A stretch of DNA of 64,000 nt from Bacteroidales bacterium. Its GTDB lineage: Bacteria; Bacteroidota; Bacteroidia; Bacteroidales; VadinHA17. The translations under genes were made by a program, and so were the position numbers. Below the pieces are notes generated by a model, which saw only the letters and a list, made by a program, of their open reading frames with translations, searched no databases and had not been told where the DNA came from. The stretch's first letter is position 1. Each line of letters opens with the position of its first letter. The stretch is from positions 6,469 to 70,468 of the forward strand of contig JAFGXX010000075.1 of assembly GCA_016936435.1 (NCBI GenBank), read 5' to 3'. Below, piece after piece: positions 35,889 to 44,346 of this stretch.

Positions 35889-36743
35889 ATGAGATACAGA
35901 TCATTTATTTATTTCGTTATGCCAGTGTTTATGCTTGCCGGTTCCGGGTGTGAGAAATATATTAACTATGTAAATTCTCCGGTATATGAGCAAAAGCTGG
36001 TGATAACTTCTTTTATTTCACCATCCGATACAGTATCACAGATCCTTGTAAGCTCCAACCAGCCACTCTACACCTTCTCTGAAAAGCCTGAGGAGCGGGG
36101 AGATATCACCGGCACAATATCTGACGGAACGAACGAGGTTCAGCTTGATACAATGTCAACCGGATTATTTTTCAGCCGCGATAAAATGCCTGTAAGCCCC
36201 GGGAAAACTTACACCCTTAAGATATCCAGCAGCAAAGGTCTGTATGCGGAGGCATCAGCCACTGTTCCCCGGCAACGGGAAATGCTGATAAAAGTTGATA
36301 CAGTTACCTCTGCCCGTGATATTTATAATTACATGCCATATAATGAATTAATGATCACAATAGAATTTACTGATCATCCCGGAGAAAAGAATTTCTATAC
36401 CGTAATCGGCAAATTTTCAGGATACAAATCCGACCCTGAAAATAATTATTCTTCACCCAGGTACTGGTTAGAATATATGAATGACCTGAAAGCAAATCCC
36501 GACAACAGGATAAGGATGGACTCGTGGATAACACCTGTAGAAAGTAATTATGATTCGGCTTTCCTTCGGGTTTATATTCTTAATACCGAAGAATCGTTTT
36601 ACTTGTATCATACATCTCTAAATGAATACGAACAAAGCGATAATCCTTTCTCAGAAGCCAAACCTGTTTTTTCAAATATTCACGGAGGACTTGGAATTTT
36701 TGCCTCCTATGTTGTTGATTCGCTTGTACTAAGAGTGAAATAA
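35889..36743 (+). CDS. DUF4249-like lipoprotein (partner of the TonB-dependent receptor)
   Basis: 284 aa. Lipobox MLAGSGC. It starts 2 nt after the receptor stop. The family call rests on size, position and general pattern. Confidence 0.55.
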   Translation: MRYRSFIYFVMPVFMLAGSGCEKYINYVNSPVYEQKLVITSFISPSDTVSQILVSSNQPLYTFSEKPEERGDITGTISDGTNEVQLDTMSTGLFFSRDKMPVSPGKTYTLKISSSKGLYAEASATVPRQREMLIKVDTVTSARDIYNYMPYNELMITIEFTDHPGEKNFYTVIGKFSGYKSDPENNYSSPRYWLEYMNDLKANPDNRIRMDSWITPVESNYDSAFLRVYILNTEESFYLYHTSLNEYEQSDNPFSEAKPVFSNIHGGLGIFASYVVDSLVLRVK

Positions 36744-36904
36744 AAATAGTTTTATTAAATACTGAAATTTTAACATCAGATTAACATTTATTAACGGAAC
36801 ACGATGCAACAATAACCTGTATTCGCCGTCTATAGTATGGATATTTAATTTATTCGAAGGCCAATCGGCCAATTCTACGATCAGGTTTATAGTTAATCAC
36901 GGAA

Positions 36905-36926
36905 AAAGACACCGCCCGGTGTCTTT
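36905..36926 (+). terminator. Hairpin 1 downstream of the receptor/DUF4249 operon
   Basis: AAAGACACCG-CC-CGGTGTCTTT (effectively an 8-bp stem with a 6-nt loop) followed by CCGTATTTTT. Confidence 0.5.
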
Positions 36927-36941
36927 CCGTATTTTTACACG

Positions 36942-36967
36942 TCCCGGACAAACGAAGTGGTCCGGGA
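36942..36967 (+). terminator. Hairpin 2 (tandem with hairpin 1)
   Basis: TCCCGGAC-(10 nt)-GTCCGGGA, a perfect 8-bp stem, followed by AAATATTTTA. Confidence 0.4.
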
Positions 36968-37007
36968 AAATATTTTATCTTTACGCCGATCTCTAACTTG
37001 ACACCAG

Positions 37008-39077
37008 GTGCAAAGAAGATTTTTTATGTTATTGCTGGCAGCAGCCTTTTCTTTTCAACTTGCTGCACGACAGGGTCCTCAGAAAGCAATCAGGGGTGTT
37101 CTTGACCTGACCGGTCTCGACCCGGAAAAAGAGTTCACAATGCGTCCTAACGGCGAATGGGAATTTTACTGGAAAAAACTGCTTCGTCCGCATGACTTTG
37201 ACCAGGTAAAAATAAGCCCTGACCTTTACGCTGATGTACCTGCATACTGGACCGAATACCCTGAGGAAATTGTCGGTGATGGCAGGTTTGGTTATGCAAG
37301 CTACAGACTAACAATACTGCTGCCACCAGGGTTCAGAAAAACGATGGGGTTCGACATGCCGGTATTTGATTCATCATACGACATATACATCAACGGCAAA
37401 TATTACTCATGGAACGGGGTTCCCGGAAAAACGGAAGAGGATTCAGAACCTGAATACAGAAGAGTTTTTTTCAGCCTTGAACCTGACTCGGACACTCTTA
37501 CAGTGCTAATAAATGTTTCGAACTATACTCACAGAAGAGGAGGTTTCTGGCTTCCTCTCAAGATAGGCACATTTGATAAAACAAGAAAACAGCTGGCAGG
37601 GAGCTGGGCCCGCGACTGGTCATCAATGAGTCTTCTGCTTGGATTCTCACTGTTCTTCTTCCTCTTCTTCGTACTCTACCGGAAAGAAAGAGTTATGGCT
37701 TACTTCAGCATGGCCGCAACCGGACTCGCGATCCGGCCCCTTTTTACATCGCATTTTTTGATTTCCGGCTTCACGGACATGAGCTGGGACTGGATAATAC
37801 GTTTTGAGTACCTCGGTCTGTACATCGTCGTTACAGGATGGCTCTGGTTCATTACCGTACAGTATCCCTCACGATATTTCAGGATATTTGCACATATTAT
37901 AAGCTGGTTCTTCATAACGGCATTTATCTTCACATTTTTCCTGCCGGTAAAGATCTTCAGCTACACAACCATGCTTATCTATCCTTCCCTGATTATCCTT
38001 ATGATTTATTCGGTAGTTAAGAGCATAATGGGAATGATCTCAGGGAACAGGATCGATATCGTCTATTTCTTTGCTTTTATCATGCTTCTTGGCGGAGGTT
38101 TTCACGATATAATGGTATCTCTCGGGAAAACAGGAACATCTTCAGAATACATCATGACCTATTTTGTTGTGATCTTTGTCATGGTGCAGGCCATTCTTCT
38201 TTTGTACAACTGGGTCAGATCATACCATGAAAAGGACAAACTACGGGCTGAACTGGAGTTCATGAACCGTAACCTTGAATCGATGATCAGTGAAAGGACA
38301 CGGGAACTGAAGGAACGAAATGAAGAAATTGAAAAACAGAGTATAAAAATATCCACGCAGAACAGGCAGCTTTCAGAAACGATCCAGATGAAGAATAAAA
38401 TCTTCTCCCTCATTGCCCATGACCTGAGGAGCCCGGTGGTCAACATTTTATACATGCTTAACCTTCTGAAAGAGAAAGAATACAAGGAGAAATACGACAC
38501 CTTTGCCAATACCAGCATTGAATATGCACAGATGGTGATATCGCTCCTCGAGAATATGCTTGTGTGGGGAAGAGGCCAGGAAGACAAAATAAAATACGCT
38601 CCGCAGATCCAGAACCTGGCCGACGTAATCCTCACAAACCTGAGCATCTTCAAGGAGACGGCAGATAAGAAGGAGATCTCAATGAACTTTACCCAGGTTG
38701 GAAGTTCAACAGCATATTTCGATAAAGACCTTCTGGATATAATAATAAGAAATCTACTTTCAAATGCAGTAAAATATACGCCACGTGGCGGGCGGATAAG
38801 CATTCTCCTGAAAGACAGGAGCATGAATGAGGGAGGAGTAATGATAAAAGTATGTGACAACGGTGTCGGGATACCGGCCGTAAAACAGAAGTATCTCTTT
38901 ACCGCAACGGAGATGACAAGCACACCGGGTACGGATAATGAAAAAGGAACCGGACTGGGTCTGAAGCTCTGCCATGAACTCGTAATGCTGAATAAAGGGA
39001 CAATTAGTGTTGAGAGTACTGAAGGTGCAGGGACATGTTTCACAATAATCCTTCCGGAAGGAGTCTCTGAAGGCTGA
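37008..39077 (+). CDS. 7TMR-DISM sensor histidine kinase
   Basis: 689 aa. Extracellular DISMED2-like N-domain, 7 TM helices, a coiled coil, a HisKA H-box (FSLIAHDLRSP) and HATPase_c motifs (NAVKYTP, DNGVGIP, GTGLGL). No response regulator gene is adjacent. Confidence 0.85.
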   Translation: MQRRFFMLLLAAAFSFQLAARQGPQKAIRGVLDLTGLDPEKEFTMRPNGEWEFYWKKLLRPHDFDQVKISPDLYADVPAYWTEYPEEIVGDGRFGYASYRLTILLPPGFRKTMGFDMPVFDSSYDIYINGKYYSWNGVPGKTEEDSEPEYRRVFFSLEPDSDTLTVLINVSNYTHRRGGFWLPLKIGTFDKTRKQLAGSWARDWSSMSLLLGFSLFFFLFFVLYRKERVMAYFSMAATGLAIRPLFTSHFLISGFTDMSWDWIIRFEYLGLYIVVTGWLWFITVQYPSRYFRIFAHIISWFFITAFIFTFFLPVKIFSYTTMLIYPSLIILMIYSVVKSIMGMISGNRIDIVYFFAFIMLLGGGFHDIMVSLGKTGTSSEYIMTYFVVIFVMVQAILLLYNWVRSYHEKDKLRAELEFMNRNLESMISERTRELKERNEEIEKQSIKISTQNRQLSETIQMKNKIFSLIAHDLRSPVVNILYMLNLLKEKEYKEKYDTFANTSIEYAQMVISLLENMLVWGRGQEDKIKYAPQIQNLADVILTNLSIFKETADKKEISMNFTQVGSSTAYFDKDLLDIIIRNLLSNAVKYTPRGGRISILLKDRSMNEGGVMIKVCDNGVGIPAVKQKYLFTATEMTSTPGTDNEKGTGLGLKLCHELVMLNKGTISVESTEGAGTCFTIILPEGVSEG

Positions 39078-39088
39078 TCCGGCAGGCT

Positions 39089-39760
39089 TCAGTTTCCTGT
39101 GAGCTCTGATAGCCCCTGCCTGTCAGTAATGGAAACCGATTTCCCTTTTGCAGCAATAAGACCTTCTTCCTCCATTTCCCTGAGAGCCCTGGATACGGAA
39201 GGCCTCGTTACCCCAAAGAGATCACCAATAGATGACTGTGTAAGTCCAAGCCTGACGGAGGTCCCCGATTCACCTGCCTGCTGGAGGATGTAATGAGCAA
39301 GCTTGCCTTTTATGGTTTTAAAACTCAGGAACCTGATCTTATCAGAAAGAAATTGTGAGCGGTTGGATATCATATCCAGGAAATTTACCAGCACTCTGCT
39401 GTTACCCTTCAGTAACTGGAGAAATACCGTTTTTTCGATGAAAAGGATCTCTGTTTCCACAATGGCAATGACATTAACCGGAAGAATATTCTTTCTGCCG
39501 AAAAGGAAAGCTGCAGCAACAGCTCCCGGAGCCTCTACTTCTTCTATTTTGATTACCCGGCCCGAATAAGCAGTCATTTCTCCTTTAACACCGCCCTCTG
39601 TAACTATCATCATCGAAGACACTTTTTCTCCGCTTTGTGCAATCAGGTCACCAGGTCCGTAGCGCCTGATACGAAAGTGTATATTCTTCATAATACCCTC
39701 TATATCTGAGGGTAACAATCCTCTGAACAGAGGAGACTGATCCAGTTTATAGAAATCCAT
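39089..39760 (-). CDS. Crp/Fnr-family transcriptional regulator
   Basis: I prefer the start at MDFYKLDQSPLFRGL (nt 39760). cNMP-binding-like domain and C-terminal HTH (SIGDLFGVTRPSVSRALREMEEEGLI). There is no N-terminal FNR-type Cys cluster. Confidence 0.8.
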   Translation of the reverse strand: MDFYKLDQSPLFRGLLPSDIEGIMKNIHFRIRRYGPGDLIAQSGEKVSSMMIVTEGGVKGEMTAYSGRVIKIEEVEAPGAVAAAFLFGRKNILPVNVIAIVETEILFIEKTVFLQLLKGNSRVLVNFLDMISNRSQFLSDKIRFLSFKTIKGKLAHYILQQAGESGTSVRLGLTQSSIGDLFGVTRPSVSRALREMEEEGLIAAKGKSVSITDRQGLSELTGN

Positions 39761-39846
39761 TCTCAAAATGTTTAATAAGACCGACAGGCATATATGACCT
39801 TTCAGCCATAATAGCTTCATTGGGTGGTGAAGTTATTTAAATTTCA

Positions 39847-39868
39847 AAATGTAACAAATGTTACATTT
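39847..39868. promoter_or_regulatory. Perfect 10-bp-arm palindrome, candidate Crp/Fnr-type operator in the divergent intergenic region
   Basis: AAATGTAACA-AA-TGTTACATTT, i.e. TGTAA-N6-TTACA or GTAAC-N4-GTTAC. Its centre is about 61 nt upstream of the ATG at 39919 and about 97 nt upstream of the regulator start at 39760. Confidence 0.6.
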
Positions 39869-39918
39869 CATTCTTTCTGTTTTGTCCATTTTTACAGGGA
39901 AATAATACTGATTTATAA

Positions 39919-40836
39919 ATGCAAAGGGATATCATAAAAATTGATGAGGAGAAATGTAACGGCTGTGGAATATGTGTACCTAATTGTCACGAAGGAGCCC
40001 TTCAGATCATAGACGAAAAAGCACGTCTGATAAGTGAACTGATGTGCGACGGACTGGGAGCCTGCATAGGGCACTGCCCTGAAGGAGCCATAACCGTTGA
40101 AACCCGCGAGGCTGAACGCTATGATGAAATAAAGGTTATGAAACAGATGATCCATAAAGGGAAGAACACAGTAAAAGCTCACCTGAAACATCTCAGCGAT
40201 CATGGGGAAACCACATATCTTAATCAGGCGCTCAGTTTCCTGGAAGAGCATAGTAATACTCTGGATTTCGATGCCGCTGAGCTAATCGCGATAATAAAAA
40301 ACCATTCCGATTCTGAAGGACAAGTAATAAGGCAACAGCACTCACACTCACACTCACACTCACACTCACACTCAGAAGGATGCCCCGGCATGAAAGAGAT
40401 GATAATAGAAAAACCTTATAGCGACGAGACTGACATCCCTGTGGCAGGCAGACCTTCGGAACTACGGCAATGGCCGGTACAGATGCATCTGTTAAACCCG
40501 GCTGCCTCCTATCTGAGAGACTCCGACCTCCTTCTGACGGCTGATTGTGTTGCATATACAATGGGAGATTTTCATTCCCGCTTTCTCAAGGGCAGGAGCC
40601 TTGCAATTGCATGCCCGAAACTCGATCACGGAATTGAAACATACATACAAAAACTCACTGCCATGATCGACACAGCAAAGGTTAACACTGTTACTATCCT
40701 GATGATGGAGGTTCCTTGCTGTGGCGGTCTGCTTCAGATGGTAAGGGCAGCGCAGGCTAATGCCAGCCGCAAAGTACCTGTAAAACAAATCATTGTAGGC
40801 ATCGGAGGTGAGATTCTGAAAGATGAATGGGTTTAG
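39919..40836 (+). CDS. Ferredoxin-like 4Fe-4S protein with Cys-rich C-terminal domain and an internal (His-Ser)6 repeat
   Basis: 305 aa. N-terminus CNGCGICVPNC...CDGLGACIGHCP, which resembles a dicluster ferredoxin. The C-terminal half carries CPGMKE, ADCVAY, IACPKLD and EVPCCGG. HSHSHSHSHSHS sits in the linker. Confidence 0.65.
   Translation: MQRDIIKIDEEKCNGCGICVPNCHEGALQIIDEKARLISELMCDGLGACIGHCPEGAITVETREAERYDEIKVMKQMIHKGKNTVKAHLKHLSDHGETTYLNQALSFLEEHSNTLDFDAAELIAIIKNHSDSEGQVIRQQHSHSHSHSHSHSEGCPGMKEMIIEKPYSDETDIPVAGRPSELRQWPVQMHLLNPAASYLRDSDLLLTADCVAYTMGDFHSRFLKGRSLAIACPKLDHGIETYIQKLTAMIDTAKVNTVTILMMEVPCCGGLLQMVRAAQANASRKVPVKQIIVGIGGEILKDEWV
40339..40374 (+). repeat. (CACTCA)6 in-frame hexanucleotide microsatellite encoding (His-Ser)6
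   Basis: Six perfect tandem CACTCA units, in frame with the CDS starting at 39919. Confidence 0.9.
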
Positions 40837-40860
40837 AAGACCGAAAAAGAAAAATATCCT

Positions 40861-41793
40861 TCAGGCTGAAGCAGAGGTACTGACAACCTTCTTCACTTTT
40901 TCATATAAGGTCTTCACCTTTAGATACGGATCTCCTTCTCCGAGTGTTTCAAGAGGCAGATAGCCTCTGTAACCTGAATCCCTGACTATGTCAATGATCC
41001 GATCCATATCTGTATCTACCTGTTTATCATTAATATATACTTTCTCCTTTATCTGCCATGTTATTGCATGCTTCACATTTGAAGCAATATCGGAATATGG
41101 GTCCGCTGTCCTGTAGCTACCTATATCAAGCATCAGTCCGACCCATTCATGATCAATGATACTCATTAACTTTTCAACATCAGCAGATGTCTTAAGGAAA
41201 TCATTGTGGTTCTGCAGGGCAAGCATCACTCCATAACCTGCTGCAAAATCGGCACATTCCCTGATATCGGCAGCTACCTGCTCTGCCGTTTTAATCCATG
41301 GTATATTATTCTGAGGCTGATTTCCACTGAAGATCCTAAGACCGGGCGCACCTATTTTATGTGCCACGACAACCCAGTCTTTCACAAGTTGCCTGTCAGC
41401 AGAGCGTTTGTCGCTATCACTGTTTGTAAAGTCATTTCTTACCCCCAGGCATCCAAGATCGAGTCCGAGCCTGAAAGCTTTTTTTCTGAGATGATAGATC
41501 AGATCATCTGAAGGAACAAGCGGATAGCCGGGGAAATAATATCCTGTTATATCCAGGCCGTCGAAACCCGTTGTTGCTGAAAACTCCAGTAGATCATCAA
41601 GGCTCATGGAACCGTTGCGTAACAAGGTATTGAATGAATATGCATTAAGACTGATTTTGAGTAGATTAACGCCTGCATCTTTAATACCATTCACAGCTTT
41701 ACTTGTATCAATACCTGTTAGCGGCATTGCAGCAAATCCTGCTGCTGCCAATGTCATTTTTTTGATAAGGTCTCTTCTCTTAACTGACATCAT
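40861..41793 (-). CDS. TAT-exported xylose-isomerase-like TIM-barrel protein (sugar phosphate isomerase/epimerase family)
   Basis: 310 aa. Twin-arginine signal KRRDLIKKMTLAAAGFAA and an AP-endonuclease-2/xylose-isomerase-like barrel pattern. Confidence 0.75.
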   Translation of the reverse strand: MMSVKRRDLIKKMTLAAAGFAAMPLTGIDTSKAVNGIKDAGVNLLKISLNAYSFNTLLRNGSMSLDDLLEFSATTGFDGLDITGYYFPGYPLVPSDDLIYHLRKKAFRLGLDLGCLGVRNDFTNSDSDKRSADRQLVKDWVVVAHKIGAPGLRIFSGNQPQNNIPWIKTAEQVAADIRECADFAAGYGVMLALQNHNDFLKTSADVEKLMSIIDHEWVGLMLDIGSYRTADPYSDIASNVKHAITWQIKEKVYINDKQVDTDMDRIIDIVRDSGYRGYLPLETLGEGDPYLKVKTLYEKVKKVVSTSASA

Positions 41794-41833
41794 TTCACGA
41801 TCTTAGTTAGTATCAAACAATATAATCCCTTTG

Positions 41834-42958
41834 TCATACAACATTAAAACCTAATGAATCAAGCATCCCGGAAACTTTTTCCGAAGCCCCGGAAAGCTTT
41901 ACGGTATAAGCCGGAAATTCTCTCCTCACCCTGTATTCACCTCTTTGTCTCTCGAAATCGGAAGGTGCAAACCTGAGGTTAATATTATCCTCGTCTATAT
42001 TGTATGAGTGGTTAACAGCCAGATGAAGGATCTCTTCATCGCTTTTTCCTGTTCCGTCGATTTTAATTTCGGGCTGCCCGGGAAAAGGAAGGTCTTCGGG
42101 GTACCATTCGGTAATAGGAAGACTGAAGTGCCTGCAAAGTGCATTCACCGCCATTGATGTCCCGTTTGCCTTTCCGTCGGTAGAATAACCTGCTATGTGC
42201 GGTGTTGCAATAAAAGTCTTCGACATAAGTTCGAGGTCTATGTCAGGTTCATTCTCCCATACATCGAGCACGGCCCCGCCAGGTTTTCCTGACGATAACA
42301 CCTTATATAGTCCTGCAGTATCTGCCACCTCCCCACGTGAGGAATTTATTATCCAGGCTCCTTTTTTCATTTTCTTCAGGCTCTTCTCGCTTATGAGATG
42401 CCAGGTAGCGTCTCTTCCGACAACGTTCAGAGGTACATGAAGTGTGATAATATCTGACTCGCCGAGGACGGTCCGGAGGTCGGTGAATTTTGCATCATTT
42501 TCTTTTCTGGCCCGTGGCGGATCGTTAAGAAGTATGTTCATCCCAAGTATACCTGCCAGTTTTTCGACTTTGGAGCCCACGTTCCCTACTCCTATTATGC
42601 CAATGGTCTTTCCCTTTAATGAGAACCTGAATTCGGAAGCCATTTTCAGAAGTGCCGCTGCAACATACTGTTGTACTGATGAAGAATTGCATCCGGGAGC
42701 ATTGGTCCATGCTATACCGTTTTTTTTACAGAATCGTGTGTCAATATGGTCAAATCCGATCGTGGCAGTAGCGATGAAGCTCACTCTGGTTCCGCCGAGA
42801 AGCTCCTCCGTGCATTTCGTTCTTGTTCTTACCAGCAAGGCATCGGCATCAGAAATATCTTTTCGGGTTATCTTTCCTCCCGGCAGGTAAAGCACTTCAG
42901 CATAGGGTTCAAGAACCCCTTTGAGAAAAGGGATCTTATCATCGGCGACTATTTTCAT
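41834..42958 (-). CDS. pdxB: 4-phosphoerythronate dehydrogenase
   Basis: 374 aa. MKIVADDKIPFL start, D-2-hydroxyacid dehydrogenase core (GIIGVGNVG) and a PdxB-specific C-terminal dimerisation domain. Confidence 0.8.
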   Translation of the reverse strand: MKIVADDKIPFLKGVLEPYAEVLYLPGGKITRKDISDADALLVRTRTKCTEELLGGTRVSFIATATIGFDHIDTRFCKKNGIAWTNAPGCNSSSVQQYVAAALLKMASEFRFSLKGKTIGIIGVGNVGSKVEKLAGILGMNILLNDPPRARKENDAKFTDLRTVLGESDIITLHVPLNVVGRDATWHLISEKSLKKMKKGAWIINSSRGEVADTAGLYKVLSSGKPGGAVLDVWENEPDIDLELMSKTFIATPHIAGYSTDGKANGTSMAVNALCRHFSLPITEWYPEDLPFPGQPEIKIDGTGKSDEEILHLAVNHSYNIDEDNINLRFAPSDFERQRGEYRVRREFPAYTVKLSGASEKVSGMLDSLGFNVV

Positions 42959-43039
42959 AAATCCGGTTTAAAATACACCTGAAAGTTAGTAATTTTAAAT
43001 CAACATAAATGCAGTAAGAGGATTGCATCTGCCTTAAAC

Positions 43040-43342
43040 ATGTATCTGCTGAAGTTTGAAATTATGGCATTACAGGAACTGATAAGTGAAGGGTTTCCTG
43101 ATATGGAAATAAAAAAGCTTTCTGATGCAAATCTTTCACTGGCTGCCGGAGAACAGCCTGTAAACCAGGTCCTCTCCGATCTTAACAAACTTGAAGGCGG
43201 ATCAATTTACAAATTAACTGCACCTTTTCTGCCGGCACCGCTTATCGAAAAGGCATCAAGCCCTGGACTGACGCACTGGCTGATCAAAGAGAAAGAAGAT
43301 CGTTTTATCGTTTATTTTTTCAGAAATACTGCCCGGGAATAG
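43040..43342 (+). CDS. Small hypothetical protein (possibly DUF2249/TusA-like)
   Basis: 100 aa (or 92 aa from the Met at 43064). The pattern P..Q.L..L..L..G....L.APF.P.PL......G is weakly reminiscent of DUF2249. The function is unsupported. Confidence 0.4.
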   Translation: MYLLKFEIMALQELISEGFPDMEIKKLSDANLSLAAGEQPVNQVLSDLNKLEGGSIYKLTAPFLPAPLIEKASSPGLTHWLIKEKEDRFIVYFFRNTARE

Positions 43343-43389
43343 GGTATTTTGCTATATTTACATATATTATACATAATACCCCGCAAGCT

Positions 43390-44295
43390 ATGAAACTAAA
43401 GATTTTTCTTCCGCTGCTGGTATTTCTTCTGTCGGCCGGTATCAGGGCACAGGATCCCATTCTTTTCTATGAAGATTCAGTGAAAATCGGTAAGGGATCG
43501 CTTCCCGGCATGGGTGTGTTGATACCCGAAGTGGAATACCAGAAAACATTCGACAACTGGATCAAAACCCTGGAATCAGGTACAAAATCGAAGGTCGTAA
43601 CTGAAAATGGAGAGCTGTCTATTTTCGGAGCCAATATCAAGGAAATTGCGCCGGATCCCGTCAATGTCTACAGCCGGCTATCTGCAAGTGACACGGGCCT
43701 TTATATCGGAGCTGCCTTTGAACTCAGGAAAGATCTGTACATCGAAAAAGCGACAGGAGAAGCAGAACTGGCAAGAGCAAGGACCTTTCTGTTCAATTTT
43801 GCAAAGGACCAGTATATAAGCCTTGTCGAAGAGCAGCTTAAAGCTGAAGAGACGAAGCTGAAAGACCTCGAAAAAGAATTGGGCTCGCTGGAAAGAGAGG
43901 GGTCAGGAATGGAAAGAACCATCAGTAAAAGCGAAAAAACAATCTCCTCGGAGGCAGAAAAACTGACAGACCTCAATAACCATCTGACTTCACTTACAGC
44001 AGCAATATCTGAACACAGCATGGAACTTCCTTCGATGAATTCGGGCGAAGAAAGGGATACCAAGGAGGATTATCTCAAAGGACTGGAAAAAGATAAAAAG
44101 AAGACCCTGAAATCGATAACAAAATCTGAAAAAAAGAAAAGGAAGGCTGAAAGGGCTCTTGCGAAAGCCAGGTCGGGGATTCCGAAGATTGACAGAAACC
44201 AGGACGACGTCAGAAAAACCATCGACGATCAGGCAGCAGTTGTCCAAAAATATTCCGGGAAGTTAAATCAAGTTAAAAATTTCATCCTGAACTGA
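43390..44295 (+). CDS. Secreted hypothetical protein with Lys/Glu-rich coiled-coil C-terminal half
   Basis: 301 aa. It has a signal peptide (LLVFLLSAGIRAQ). No recognisable domain. Long heptad-like charged segment. Confidence 0.6.
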   Translation: MKLKIFLPLLVFLLSAGIRAQDPILFYEDSVKIGKGSLPGMGVLIPEVEYQKTFDNWIKTLESGTKSKVVTENGELSIFGANIKEIAPDPVNVYSRLSASDTGLYIGAAFELRKDLYIEKATGEAELARARTFLFNFAKDQYISLVEEQLKAEETKLKDLEKELGSLEREGSGMERTISKSEKTISSEAEKLTDLNNHLTSLTAAISEHSMELPSMNSGEERDTKEDYLKGLEKDKKKTLKSITKSEKKKRKAERALAKARSGIPKIDRNQDDVRKTIDDQAAVVQKYSGKLNQVKNFILN

Positions 44296-44346
44296 TCAAA
44301 AAACCTATTTTTAAACCACAAAACAGTCTTACAAAAATGGGAAGGT

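Noticed and set aside
38159-39043. 294-aa minus-strand ORF antisense to the histidine kinase
   Set aside because: It is a shadow ORF. The plus strand encodes intact HisKA/HATPase motifs, and the antisense product is Ser/Phe-rich with no domain.
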